Under the pieces are notes generated by a model. That model worked only from the letters and a program-made list of their open reading frames with translations. It was not told the DNA's origin and did not search any database. DNA of 63,947 nt, counting the filler. It is 8 parts of 8 records of this genome, joined end to end, with 100 filler letters (N's around TTAATTAATTAA, not from the genome) between each part and the next. Parts side by side here need not be neighbours in the genome. Positions count along the whole stretch, not along the records: positions 1 to 13,882 come from DRR723986_15311; 7 more parts are not named here. The stretch is one strand, 5' to 3'. Positions within the stretch are counted from its first letter, which is position 1, and every line of letters starts with the position of its first letter. This document shows positions 1 to 10,084 of this stretch, piece after piece. Position numbers and translations under genes: made by a program.

Positions 1-117
1 GTCATCGGTGTCGCCGATATACATGCCGGGGCGTTTGCGCACGGCCTCAAGGCCCTTCAGGACCTTGATGGAGCCTGCGCCGTACTCGGCATTTTCGCCC
101 TGCGTTTCTTCAGCCAT
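1..117 (-). CDS. gyrB: DNA gyrase subunit B, N-terminal fragment (runs off window start)
   Basis: Manual translation [39 protein letters not shown] carries the Gyr[14 protein letters not shown] signature; not in ORF track. Confidence 0.93.
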   Translation of the reverse strand, partial: MAEETQGENAEYGAGSIKVLKGLEAVRKRPGMYIGDTDD

Positions 118-296
118 GAGGCTTCCCCGTCGATTCTGTAGATTCGCCTTCAAATATAGGGGATTAACCCCCCAGAGGGAACCGAAACGGGGGTTATTTT
201 ACAGCTTAATGAGGGCGCAAATTATCCCTTTAAAAACAAGGATTTGCAAGGGCGAAAAAGGGCTGTTTTCAAGCCCCCTCCCGGATATGGGCCGGA

Positions 297-2348
297 TCAG
301 GCTTTCGGGGCCGGTTTCCGGTGCTTCTTCAGCGGTTTTCCGCCCTTCTGGAAGGCCGGTTTTCCGCCTTTGGGGCCCCCCTTGCCGGCGGCCTTGGGTG
401 CGCCTTTGCCGGGCTTCGCTTTGCCGCGCATCGGCGGCTTCCAGCCGTCCTTGGCGTGCACCTTGGAGAATTTCTTCGCCGGGCGAGCGGGCTTTTCGCG
501 ATCGTCCTGGATATAGTCCGTCTGCGGGGAGGGCGCGCGCTCTGCGGGGGCTGGAGAGTCGTCCCGGCCCGGTTTCTTTTCATAGGGCTTCTTGCCGGAG
601 AATTTACGCGGGGCGTCCGGATCGTATGGCTTCTTGCGCAGGCGCGGGGCCGGGCGCTCGTCGCGGTCATTGCGGTCGAAGCGGGGCGGTGCCGGCGGGG
701 CGCCGTCCAGTGGCTCGGCGCGCAGGCCCTTCTCGACGGTGCCGCCCTCTCCGATCGTGTCGAAGAAGCGCGCTGCTGCGTCACGGGTGAGCTCCACATG
801 CGTGTCGGAGGGGTTGATACGGATCGCGCCGATATCGTCGCGTGAGAGGCCGCCAGCCTTGCAGAGGACGGGCAGGATCCAGCGGGCTTCCGCGTTCTTC
901 TTGCGGCCGACGTTCAGCTGTACCCAGACCGCATCATCGAAGCCCTTGCGCTCTGACTTTCCGCGCTTCTCGCGTGGTTCGCGATCGGCCCAGTCTCCGC
1001 GGTCACCGCGCTCGCGGCGCTTCGGCGGGGTCGTGTCCACTTCTCGCAGGTCTTCCGGCGCAGAGCGGCCTTCACGCTGCTTGCGCAGGAAGGCGGCAGC
1101 CACCTGTTCGGGCCCGTGCTGTTCGATGAGCGCATCGATCATGGCCCGCTCGCTCTCATGGATCGTGCGGGTGAGGGACGGATCGGCCAGCAGGCGCGCA
1201 TCGTCCAGCGCATTGATTTCGTCGGCCGAGGGCGGCGTGCCCCAGGTCGCTTCGATCTTCGCATCGCCCAGCAGGCGCTCGACCCGGCGGCGGGCCTTCG
1301 GCGCAACGATCAGCACACTGACGCCCTTGCGGCCGGCCCGGCCCGTGCGGCCCGAACGGTGCAGCAGCGTCGCCGGATCGCGCGGCAGGTCTGCGTGGAT
1401 GACGAGACCCAGATTGTCGAGGTCGAGGCCGCGGGCGGCCACGTCGGTCGCGATACAGACGCGGGCGCGGCCGTCGCGCAGGGCTTGCAAGGCGTTGGAG
1501 CGTTCTTTCTGGCTGAGCTCACCCGACAGGGCGACGACCGGGAAGCCGCGATTGCCCATCCGGCTCATCAGCTTGTTCACGGCCGCGCGTGTCGTGCAGA
1601 AGACGAGCGCGCTTTCGCTATCGGAGTGACGCACGATGTTGACGATGGCGTTCTCTTCATCGCCCGGCGCAACGAGAAGCGCCCGGTATTCGATGTCGCC
1701 ATGCTGGCGCTGTTCGGATTCGGTGCGGACGCGCTCGGCATCCTTCTGGTAGCGGGCCGCAAGATTCGCTATGCCTTTCGGCACGGTGGCCGAGAACATC
1801 AGCGTGCGGCGGGTTTCCGGTGTGCCTTCGAGGATGTGCTCCAGCTCCTCGCGGAAACCCATGTCGAGCATCTCGTCGGCTTCGTCCAGCACGACGACGC
1901 GGATACCGGTCGTGTCCAGTGAGCCGCGCTTGATATGGTCCGACAGGCGGCCGGGCGTGCCGACAACGATGTGGGCACCGCGGGCGAGGGCCTTGCGCTC
2001 GTCGCGCATGTCCATGCCGCCGACGCAAGTTGCGATGCGGGCACCGGCCGGGCCGTAAAGCCAGGTCAGCTCGCGGGCGACCTGCATGGCCAGTTCGCGT
2101 GTCGGCGCGACGATCAGGGCAAGCGGCGTGTCGGCGCGGGTCAGGCGGTCTTCCTCGCCCAGCAGGTCGCCAGCCATGGCGAGGCCGAAGGCAACGGTCT
2201 TGCCGGAGCCGGTTTGGGCGGAGACGAGCAGGTCGCGACCGGCGAGCGAAGGCTCGATCACGGCAGACTGGACCTGGGTGAGGGATTCATAGCCCTTATT
2301 GGAAAGGGCTTCGGCGAGCGCCGAGGGAACGGACGGATAAGCGGACAT
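297..2348 (-). CDS. DEAD-box RNA helicase with DbpA-type C-terminal RNA-binding domain and basic tail
   Basis: Motifs AQTGSGKT, PTRELA, DEAD, SAT, ARGLD, HRSGRTGRAG; start at the ATG (MSAYP) is inferred. Confidence 0.93.
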   Translation of the reverse strand: MSAYPSVPSALAEALSNKGYESLTQVQSAVIEPSLAGRDLLVSAQTGSGKTVAFGLAMAGDLLGEEDRLTRADTPLALIVAPTRELAMQVARELTWLYGPAGARIATCVGGMDMRDERKALARGAHIVVGTPGRLSDHIKRGSLDTTGIRVVVLDEADEMLDMGFREELEHILEGTPETRRTLMFSATVPKGIANLAARYQKDAERVRTESEQRQHGDIEYRALLVAPGDEENAIVNIVRHSDSESALVFCTTRAAVNKLMSRMGNRGFPVVALSGELSQKERSNALQALRDGRARVCIATDVAARGLDLDNLGLVIHADLPRDPATLLHRSGRTGRAGRKGVSVLIVAPKARRRVERLLGDAKIEATWGTPPSADEINALDDARLLADPSLTRTIHESERAMIDALIEQHGPEQVAAAFLRKQREGRSAPEDLREVDTTPPKRRERGDRGDWADREPREKRGKSERKGFDDAVWVQLNVGRKKNAEARWILPVLCKAGGLSRDDIGAIRINPSDTHVELTRDAAARFFDTIGEGGTVEKGLRAEPLDGAPPAPPRFDRNDRDERPAPRLRKKPYDPDAPRKFSGKKPYEKKPGRDDSPAPAERAPSPQTDYIQDDREKPARPAKKFSKVHAKDGWKPPMRGKAKPGKGAPKAAGKGGPKGGKPAFQKGGKPLKKHRKPAPKA

Positions 2349-2479
2349 GTAAAGGCTTTCGGGGGTTGAGCTGTCAGGGATCGTCATCGAGGCACGATCG
2401 ACCTGTCAGAGGGATTTTGCGGCCCTATGACACGTTTTTGCGCGCTGCACCATGGGCGCGCGCAGGCGGCGAAGAGGCC

Positions 2480-3307
2480 CTAGAGCGGCTTTTCGCAGAA
2501 AATGGCGACCGGCACGACGCGTCCGGCCTCATAATTCCGCTTCAGGTTCGCGAACTTGTCGCGGGCGGTCTCGCCCATGATCAGGGCGAGGCTGATCGCG
2601 GGGCGCGGTTTTCCAGCCTGCGCGGCGGCCTGCGCAAAGAAGGCATCGGCGATGTCATGGCGCGGTTCAGTCCTCATCGTGGCGAACCCGGCAGAGCGGA
2701 GGACGGCTTCATATTGATGCGGCGAGCGGACGAAACTGTCTGCCTGACTGCCGGCCCAGGGAACCGGGAAAGCGAGCGGCGTCGTCTCGTCCTCACCACG
2801 CATGATGTCGTAGACCAGAAAGCGACCGCCCGGTTTCAGAACCCGGAAGACTTCCGCGAACAGGGCCTGCTTGTCCTCGATGTTCATACCTACATGGAAC
2901 ATCCAGCCAAGATCGAATTTGGCCGCTTCAAACGGCATGTCGAGCGCACTGCCGCAATGCAGCCGGACCTTTCCGTCCAGCTTCAGCCAGTCTGTCAGCG
3001 TTCGGCCCGCTCGGATGAAACTCTCTGTCAGGTCTATGCCTTCGACCGTGCAGCCGAACTGCGCGGCAGCATGACGCGAGGTGCCGCCCGTGCCACAGCC
3101 GACATCCAGCGCGCATTCGCCCGGCCGGATATCCAGATCGCGGAACAGGGCGTCTGTCGCCATGCGGCCGCCAACATGGAATTCCTCGATCGGGGCGAGC
3201 TGGTCTGCCGTGACCGTTTCCGGTGACAATCCGGCACCGGACAAAGCCACCCTGATGCGGGCGATCAGGTCCGGCGCATCGTAGTGGGAGCTGACCGTCT
3301 CGCTCAT
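2480..3307 (-). CDS. Class I SAM-dependent methyltransferase
   Basis: LDVGCGTGG motif I, GIDLT, ALDMPF, RVLKPGG. Confidence 0.88.
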   Translation of the reverse strand: MSETVSSHYDAPDLIARIRVALSGAGLSPETVTADQLAPIEEFHVGGRMATDALFRDLDIRPGECALDVGCGTGGTSRHAAAQFGCTVEGIDLTESFIRAGRTLTDWLKLDGKVRLHCGSALDMPFEAAKFDLGWMFHVGMNIEDKQALFAEVFRVLKPGGRFLVYDIMRGEDETTPLAFPVPWAGSQADSFVRSPHQYEAVLRSAGFATMRTEPRHDIADAFFAQAAAQAGKPRPAISLALIMGETARDKFANLKRNYEAGRVVPVAIFCEKPL

Positions 3308-3312
3308 GCGGG

Positions 3313-4542
3313 TCAGACTTCGACCATCAGGGTTTCGATTCCGCGGAAGAAGGGCAGGGCGCGCCAGGCGATGTCCTGTTCCGGCAGCTTCATGTCCGGA
3401 TAGCGTTCGAACAGTTTCTGATAGACGCGCTTTGCTTCCATCCGGGCGAGCGGCGCGCCGATGCAGATATGCGGCCCGCCGCCGAACGCGACATGACTGG
3501 GGCGCTTCTGCGTGATGTCGAACCGGTTCGGTGCATCGAAGATTTCCGCGTCGCGATTGGCCGAGGCGAGTGAGCAGAAGACGACCTGGTGTTCCTTCAC
3601 CGGGCAGCCGGCAACCTCCTTGTCCGCTTCCGCGATGCGGGAGGTGGCTGAAACCGGCGCCTCATAGCGCAGCACTTCTTCGACCGCCTGAGAGGCAAGG
3701 CCAGGATCTGATTTCAGTGCGGCGAGCTGTTCAGGATGGGTCAGGAACAGCCAGACGCCGTTGCCGATCAGGTCCGTCGTGGTGAGGTTGCCACCGACGA
3801 GGAGGGCCTGAAGGTTGATGCGGACTTCATCATCCGACAGCGGAGCTTCCCCGGAGGCCTGAAGCTGGACCATGTCCGTGATCAGATCGTCTTCGGAGGT
3901 CTTGCGCCGGCGCTCCATCAATTCGGTGAAATAGGTGTCGAGCGCGGCGCCGCCCGCCATCATGCGCTCGGTCTCTTCCGGGGTACGGACCGGGTTCAGG
4001 CCGAGGATCACGGCTTCGGACCAGTCGCGGAAATCAGCGAGGCGTTCCTCGTCAACCCCGAGGATGCGGGCAATGACCGTCACCGGGATGGGTACAGCGA
4101 TCTCTGCCATCAGGTCGAACACGCCGGAGGCAGGCGCGGCTTCGATGGTTTCATCGACGATGGCTTCGATCTGGTCCTTCATCTTGTTGATGCGGGTGTA
4201 GAACGCCTTGGCCAATGGCGGGCGCACCCGGGCATGATCGGGGTCGTCCATGAACAGGATCGAGGTGCGGCGCGGATTTTCCTCATCGACCAGCTGGCGG
4301 GAGATCGAGCCTTCCTCCGCATTCAGGGGATGACGCACGAAGCTGCGGTCATTCACCGTCGTGCGCACATCTCCATAGCGGGTGAGGAACCAGGCCTTCG
4401 CCATCTCGTCGCGCATCGCGGGGCATTGCTCACGCAGGGCTTTCAGGGGCGGGTGCGGGTCGCGCCTCGCCTCCGGCATGAAGGCCGTCACCTCAATGAT
4501 GGATTGCGGCACCTTCGGGCTTGAGCCCAGATCGTCGGTCAT
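3313..4542 (-). CDS. Cytochrome P450
   Basis: EEVLR (ExxR), heme ligand loop FGGGPHICIG, I-helix GGNLTT. Confidence 0.95.
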   Translation of the reverse strand: MTDDLGSSPKVPQSIIEVTAFMPEARRDPHPPLKALREQCPAMRDEMAKAWFLTRYGDVRTTVNDRSFVRHPLNAEEGSISRQLVDEENPRRTSILFMDDPDHARVRPPLAKAFYTRINKMKDQIEAIVDETIEAAPASGVFDLMAEIAVPIPVTVIARILGVDEERLADFRDWSEAVILGLNPVRTPEETERMMAGGAALDTYFTELMERRRKTSEDDLITDMVQLQASGEAPLSDDEVRINLQALLVGGNLTTTDLIGNGVWLFLTHPEQLAALKSDPGLASQAVEEVLRYEAPVSATSRIAEADKEVAGCPVKEHQVVFCSLASANRDAEIFDAPNRFDITQKRPSHVAFGGGPHICIGAPLARMEAKRVYQKLFERYPDMKLPEQDIAWRALPFFRGIETLMVEV

Positions 4543-4614
4543 TGTTTCCTCCCGGATTTTTATGTTTCCGGAAGAATAGCACAGACTGGCACCGGCGCGC
4601 AGCCTGCCGTGACG

Positions 4615-5046
4615 TCAGGCAAGAGAGCGGGGGATGCAGCTGGCGGTGGCCTGAGCGAGTAGCGTACCGTCTTCTGCAGAGAGGAAGCCTTGTGTGAAGA
4701 TGGCCTGACGGCCCTTTCGGACGACTTCACCGCGTCCGATCAGGCGCACGCCGACCGGAACCGGGCGGATAAAGCTGGTCGTCATCTGAAGGGTCGGTGC
4801 CATGGCCGGGCCATCCTGGACGATGGAGCCGGCAACGCGCATCACTTCGTCGAGTGCAGCCGTGACAAAGCCGCCTTGCGCTGTACCGCCAGGATTGGTG
4901 GCCTCGGCCGGCAGGCAGAAAGCGGCCTCGGCCCAGCCTTCCTTCTCGTCGAAAGCAATCAGGTCGAAGCCGACAAAATCGGTTGCAGGCGGGCGCGTCC
5001 CGTCACCCAGCACGCCTTCCCAATAGGCGCGCTTGTCGAAGCTCAT
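4615..5046 (-). CDS. PaaI-family hotdog thioesterase
   Basis: NPGGTAQGGFVTAALDE motif; start MSFDK overlaps the upstream stop (ATGA). Confidence 0.85.
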   Translation of the reverse strand: MSFDKRAYWEGVLGDGTRPPATDFVGFDLIAFDEKEGWAEAAFCLPAEATNPGGTAQGGFVTAALDEVMRVAGSIVQDGPAMAPTLQMTTSFIRPVPVGVRLIGRGEVVRKGRQAIFTQGFLSAEDGTLLAQATASCIPRSLA

Positions 5047-5501
5047 TTGGCAAGCCGCTTGAACGGCATCGGCAGGGCCGTGGCGGAGGCTTTGGCGACC
5101 ATCCTGCCGTCCGGGTCGAAACATTCTGCTTCCATGAAGGCGGCGGACTTGCCGAGGCGCACGATGCGGGCATCGACCCAGGCCTTGCCGGGCATCAGGC
5201 GTGTCAGGAAGCTGGTCTTCATCTCCAGCGTCGGGGCCGTCATGGTGACGTTGGACGCGATGATCACGCAGGTGCTCATCGCCTCGTCCAGCATGGCCGA
5301 GATGAAGCCGCCTTGTACAGCGCCAGTCGGGTTGGCGAAGGACGGGCTGACGTCGAACTCCATCCGTATACGCATGGCATCCTGCTCGACCTCGATGAGC
5401 TTCATGCCCAGCGTATCGGAACAGGGTGGACGCTTCTTGGAGCCCTGAAAGCGGGCCAGCATGTCAGCGTCGCTGAGGCGGGGGTTCTCAGTATCTGCCA
5501 A
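5043..5501 (-). CDS. PaaI-family hotdog thioesterase (tandem paralog)
   Basis: NPTGAVQGGFISAMLDE motif. Confidence 0.87.
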   Translation of the reverse strand: MADTENPRLSDADMLARFQGSKKRPPCSDTLGMKLIEVEQDAMRIRMEFDVSPSFANPTGAVQGGFISAMLDEAMSTCVIIASNVTMTAPTLEMKTSFLTRLMPGKAWVDARIVRLGKSAAFMEAECFDPDGRMVAKASATALPMPFKRLAK

Positions 5502-5510
5502 TCGTCCGGC

Positions 5511-5984
5511 CTATTTGCGGCGGAAGGCGTCGAGGTTCACGACCGTGCCGGCATCGCTGGCCGGGGCGGGTGTGTCATCCTGCGTTTCTTCCAGTTCGGA
5601 AGCCGGCGCGATGACGGTCGTGTCCTTGTCCTGTGCCTCGAAGGTCAGGCCGAAATTCACGGACGGATCGACGAAGCGCGTGATCGCGGCATAAGGCACG
5701 AACAGGTGCTGCGGCACGCCGGAGAATTTCAGGATGATCTCGAAATGCCCCTCATGGACTTCCAGGTCCCAGAACTGGTGCTGGACCACGATGGTCATGT
5801 CGACGGGAAAACGCTCCACAAGGTAGTCGGCCATGCGCACGCCCGGCGCCTTGGAGCGGAAGGTGATGTAGAAATGATGGTCCCCGGGCAGGCCACCATT
5901 GGCCTTCGCGCGCTTCAGCGCTTCGCGGACGACTCCGCGCATGGCAGCCTGAGTGAGCGCTTCGTAACCGATATAATCCGTCAT
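5511..5984 (-). CDS. sspB: ClpXP adaptor SspB (alphaproteobacterial type)
   Basis: GLPGDHHFYITF, MTIVVQHQFWDL, FVDPSVNFGL and C-terminal ClpX-binding VVNLDAFRRK. Confidence 0.92.
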   Translation of the reverse strand: MTDYIGYEALTQAAMRGVVREALKRAKANGGLPGDHHFYITFRSKAPGVRMADYLVERFPVDMTIVVQHQFWDLEVHEGHFEIILKFSGVPQHLFVPYAAITRFVDPSVNFGLTFEAQDKDTTVIAPASELEETQDDTPAPASDAGTVVNLDAFRRK

Positions 5985-6161
5985 GGCCCGGTGCTGGTCC
6001 CCATCAATATTCTTGTTTGTTCTATCCGTCACAATATTCCTACGGCCGCAAGCGGGCAACGGGCTTCGCACAATGCGCGAGCAAAAAGCTGCACTTCGCG
6101 CACAGGCGGACCTGGTTCCGGGAATGCCCCGGAATTGCAACGCTCTAGCCGGGGAAACGGG

Positions 6162-6344
6162 TCAGTAATTGGCGGGCGGGTCGCTTGCCGGGAAGGATTC
6201 GTCGCTCTCTTCGTCGACTTTGTCCCACTCTTCCGGCGGGTCCTCCATGTTTTCCGGTCCGGCCGGGCGAATCTTGCGGTCCACCGTTTCGGAGTCGTGA
6301 TTCTTGTCCTTGCGGGGTTTCTTGCCATTCTCGTGAGCAGTCAT
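6162..6344 (-). CDS. Small conserved hypothetical protein (WDKVDEESDESFPASDPPA motif)
   Basis: Strong RBS AAAGGAGGAG before MTAHE; the acidic C-terminal motif is recognisable from small proteobacterial proteins. Confidence 0.75.
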   Translation of the reverse strand: MTAHENGKKPRKDKNHDSETVDRKIRPAGPENMEDPPEEWDKVDEESDESFPASDPPANY

Positions 6345-6378
6345 TTCGGTCTCCTCCTTTCCTGGGGAGTAGAGAACC

Positions 6379-6403
6379 AACGCGCGAGGCGGCGAATAGT
6401 TGC
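6379..6403 (-). promoter_or_regulatory. Putative sigma-EcfG (general stress) promoter GCAAC-N16-CGTT
   Basis: One mismatch to the GGAAC-N16/17-CGTT consensus, about 35 nt upstream of the small ORF. Confidence 0.5.
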
Positions 6404-6493
6404 GCGCTCTCAGAGGGGCGTACGCCCTATGGCCAAGCCGCGGCGGCCCGCTTAGGTTTCACGCCAGCGACACAATTGAGGGAAGGAACAGCC

Positions 6494-7732
6494 ATGCAAA
6501 TGCCGGACAAGGGACGCGACTGGGCCGATGTGCGTCAGGAAATGATCACGCGCGGCGGCGGCGATGCACAGTGGCGCGACGGGCGCACGGCGGTCTATGT
6601 CTTCAATGCCGGCCATGATGTCGAACAGGTTCAGCAGGAAGCGTACACGCTCTACATGGCGGAGAACGGGCTCGGCCCGCTGGCCTTCCCGAGCCTTGCG
6701 CAGATGGAGAAGGAAGTGATCGGCATGGGCCTCGGCCTGTTGCACGGACCGGAAGGGTCAACCGGCGCGATGACGTCCGGCGGCACGGATTCCATCACCA
6801 TGGCGATGAAGACCGCGCGCGATTATGCCCGCGCGCAGGGCAAACCGCGCGAAGGGCAGAATGTCGTGCTGCCGCAATCGGCGCATCTCGCTTTCGACAA
6901 GGCCGCCCATCTGATGGATATCGAAATCCGCCGCGTGCCGCTGAAGACAGATCGCTCCTATGAGGCAGACCCGGCGGCGATGGGCGAAGCCGTGGATGCG
7001 GCGACGGTGATGATGGTCGGCTCCGCCCCGAACTTCCCGCACGGCATCATCGACCCGATTGCCGAGCTGGGCGAGGTGGCCGCAATGAAGGGCGTCTGGC
7101 TGCATGTCGATGCCTGCGTCGGCGGATACTTCGCGCCCTTCGCGCGGATGAACGGGGTGCCAGTGCCGGCCTTCGATTTCGAAGTTCCGGCCGTCCATTC
7201 GATGAGCGCCGATCTGCACAAATACGGCTATTGCGCCAAGGGCGCCTCGACCGTGCTGTTCCGGTCGGAGGAGCTTTATAATTACATGCCGTTCGACATG
7301 GCCGGCTGGAGTGGCGCGCCGATGAAGACGCCGACGCTGGCAGGAACCCGGCCGGGCGGGGCGATCTCTGCGGCATGGGGCGTGATGAACACGCTGGGCG
7401 TCGAAGGCTACAAACGCCTTCAGGGGCAGGTCTGCGCAACGCGCGAGAAGATCACAGAGGGCGTGAACCGCCTCGGCTTCGAGATCGTTGGCAATCCGAT
7501 GCTGGGCCTGATGGCGTTTTCCCATCCCGACGTTCATGCCTTCGCGGTCTATGGCGAAATATTCCGGCGCGGCTGGTTCACCTCCGTGACGAAGGAGCCG
7601 CCGAGCCTGCACCTGATGCTGAGCCCCAAACATGCCGATGTCGCCGATGCGTACCTCGCCGATCTCGAGGCCAGCCTCGCGGCAGTCAAAGCGGGAACCG
7701 ACGGACCGAAAGTGGAAGCGCGCTACAGCTGA
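6494..7732 (+). CDS. PLP-dependent group II decarboxylase/lyase, sphingosine-1-phosphate lyase-like
   Basis: TSGGTDSI, HVDACVGG, SADLHKYG (PLP lysine), TLAGTRPG. Confidence 0.85.
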   Translation: MQMPDKGRDWADVRQEMITRGGGDAQWRDGRTAVYVFNAGHDVEQVQQEAYTLYMAENGLGPLAFPSLAQMEKEVIGMGLGLLHGPEGSTGAMTSGGTDSITMAMKTARDYARAQGKPREGQNVVLPQSAHLAFDKAAHLMDIEIRRVPLKTDRSYEADPAAMGEAVDAATVMMVGSAPNFPHGIIDPIAELGEVAAMKGVWLHVDACVGGYFAPFARMNGVPVPAFDFEVPAVHSMSADLHKYGYCAKGASTVLFRSEELYNYMPFDMAGWSGAPMKTPTLAGTRPGGAISAAWGVMNTLGVEGYKRLQGQVCATREKITEGVNRLGFEIVGNPMLGLMAFSHPDVHAFAVYGEIFRRGWFTSVTKEPPSLHLMLSPKHADVADAYLADLEASLAAVKAGTDGPKVEARYS

Positions 7733-7741
7733 GTTCCGCCC

Positions 7742-9205
7742 TTAAAGGATCGGGCTGGCGAGGCGCAGGATGTTTTCGAGGAATTTGTGCCATTCCGGGC
7801 GCTGTTCCCATCTGTCCAGGTCCAGCGGCGTGCTGTTCGCCAGATAGGCGTCGGAGTGCTGCCAGAGCGTGGTACTGGTTGCGGCATCATAGATGACCAT
7901 GGTCAGCTCGAGGTTCAGGTGAAAGCTGCGCATGTCGATGTTCACCGTTCCGAACAGGGCAATCTCGTCATCCACCAGAATCAGTTTCGTGTGCAGCAGG
8001 CCGCCGCGATACCGGGTAATCCGCACGCCGGCGCGCAGCAATTCCTTGTAGGATGACTGGCTGGCAAACTGGGCGAGACGGGAATCGATGCGTTCCGGCA
8101 CGATGATCTCGACCTCAACCCCGCGCTTGGCCGCCGACACGAGCGCCAGCTGGACCGCCGGATCCGGTATGAAATAGGGCGAGACGATGCGCAGCCGCTT
8201 TTGGGCGCTGAAGATGGCCGAGACCAGCACTTCATAGATCGTGGAATTGCGCATTTCGGGGCCGGATGGCAGCACCTGCATGCTGACTGGCGTGCCGTCT
8301 CCGGTGTTGGAGCGCTGCCTGACGGGCAGGGCGTTGAGGTCGGCCCGGCCAATCTGGTGGCCGACGCGGTCAAACAAATAGTCCGACAGGCAGACCGATG
8401 TGAGGGCATCGACGACCGGACCTTCGACGCGCATCATCATGTCGACCCATTCGCCAACACCGCGATCGGCCTTGAACAGTTTCGGGTCGGCCAGATTGTA
8501 GCTGCCGACATATCCGACCTGCTGGTCGCAGACGAGAATCTTGCGGTGATTTCGCAGATCGGACCGTCGAAAGAAGGAAGAGAACAGATTGACTCGCAGG
8601 GAGCGGACGATCTGTACGCCCGCCTTTCTCAGCCGTTTCGGCCAATGCGACCGGAAGAAGGGTTTGGAGCCGAAATCATCCGCCAGGATCTTGCAGACCA
8701 CACCCCGTTGCGCGGCGCGTTCGACGGCAGCCAGCACATCGCCGACGCGGCCTGCGGGGTCGAGGATGTAGAATTCGAGGCAGACACTGTCTGATGCGGC
8801 ATCGATGTCGGTCTGCATCGCGGCATAGAGGTCGCCCGCGTCGGAGAAGAATTTCGGAGACAGGCCGGTGAGGACCGGGAAACCGGTATCGGCCTGGATG
8901 GACCGGGAAAGGGCGGCGTAACGGGGAACGCGCGCAATGTCCGGCGGGACGCTGGCGCCGGTTATGTCGAAGACCTGCATGAAGAAGCTGCGCAGGCGCT
9001 CACCCATCTTCATGCGGCGCCCGCTCAGCCGGTGGTCTCCGAACAGGACATAGAGCACGACGCCAACCACGGGAAGGCCGAACAGGAGGAACAGCCAAGC
9101 CAGGGTCGTGTTCACGGCCAGCTTGCGGTAAAGCAGGCGTATTGCTGCAAGCACCGACAGGGAGAAGTGCACGAGAAAGGGTATGGAACTGAGAAGAGGA
9201 ATCAT
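7742..9205 (-). CDS. cls: Cardiolipin synthase
   Basis: Two HKD motifs (NHRKILVCD, LHTKLILVD), two N-terminal TM helices, SPYFIP. Confidence 0.92.
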   Translation of the reverse strand: MIPLLSSIPFLVHFSLSVLAAIRLLYRKLAVNTTLAWLFLLFGLPVVGVVLYVLFGDHRLSGRRMKMGERLRSFFMQVFDITGASVPPDIARVPRYAALSRSIQADTGFPVLTGLSPKFFSDAGDLYAAMQTDIDAASDSVCLEFYILDPAGRVGDVLAAVERAAQRGVVCKILADDFGSKPFFRSHWPKRLRKAGVQIVRSLRVNLFSSFFRRSDLRNHRKILVCDQQVGYVGSYNLADPKLFKADRGVGEWVDMMMRVEGPVVDALTSVCLSDYLFDRVGHQIGRADLNALPVRQRSNTGDGTPVSMQVLPSGPEMRNSTIYEVLVSAIFSAQKRLRIVSPYFIPDPAVQLALVSAAKRGVEVEIIVPERIDSRLAQFASQSSYKELLRAGVRITRYRGGLLHTKLILVDDEIALFGTVNIDMRSFHLNLELTMVIYDAATSTTLWQHSDAYLANSTPLDLDRWEQRPEWHKFLENILRLASPIL

Positions 9206-9267
9206 GTGTCCAGCCTGACAATTCGTGACGCCTTACCCTGTCCCGTCTGAACCGCCAAAGGAAGCCC

Positions 9268-9999
9268 GTGCCCCTGAAACTGCTGACATGGAACATTCAG
9301 GCCGCGATCGGCACGGCCCGTTTCTCCGACTATCTGACGCGCGCGCACCGGCAGGTTTTCCACACGCAGGCAAAGGCCAGCACGCTGGAAACCATCGCCG
9401 AAACGATCCGCGGGGCAGACCTTGTCTGCCTGCAGGAGGTGGATCTCGGCGGACGAAGGGCCGGGTATCGCTGCCAGGCGAACGCAATTGCCGAACGCTC
9501 CGGCCATGATCATCTGGCCATTCAGGAAAACCGGGTGATCCGCGGTGTGTCGCGCCACGGGAATGCGATCCTCAGCCGCCATCCGCTGTCGAATATACGA
9601 GACCTGAAACTGCCGGGCAGGGTGGCGGGGCGCGGCTGCCTGATCGCGACGGTCGAAGCGGACAAGCGTTTTGATGTGGCTTGCGTCCATCTCAGCCTCG
9701 GAAGGCGCGATCAGGCGCTGCAGCTGGAGTTCCTCTCCCGGCACCTGCCGCGTAATCGGCGGTGGGTGGTCATGGGGGACTTCAATTGCAGCCAGCATGC
9801 GAGCCCTGTGGAGGCGTTTCTGGAACGGATGCAGGCACATTCCGACCGGCAGCCGGAGCCGACCTATCCTTCCTGGCGGCCGCTGCGGGATTATGACCAC
9901 ATCCTCACCGGACCGGGCCTGAAGCTCGGCCAGTACCAGCCAGGGCCGGAGATCTGCTCGGACCATCTGAATGTTACAGCCGAGCTGGAGCCTGCCTGA
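9268..9999 (+). CDS. Endonuclease/exonuclease/phosphatase (EEP) family protein
   Basis: LLTWNI, CLQEVD, GNAILSR, MGDFN, DHIL, SDH motifs. Confidence 0.88.
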   Translation: MPLKLLTWNIQAAIGTARFSDYLTRAHRQVFHTQAKASTLETIAETIRGADLVCLQEVDLGGRRAGYRCQANAIAERSGHDHLAIQENRVIRGVSRHGNAILSRHPLSNIRDLKLPGRVAGRGCLIATVEADKRFDVACVHLSLGRRDQALQLEFLSRHLPRNRRWVVMGDFNCSQHASPVEAFLERMQAHSDRQPEPTYPSWRPLRDYDHILTGPGLKLGQYQPGPEICSDHLNVTAELEPA

Positions 10000-10084
10000 G
10001 CAGCCGGGTGCGTCGGCTGCCATATTCCTGCCGCCGAACTTGATCTATGTTTCCGGTCTCGAATTCAAAGGAAGGGGACAAGAC

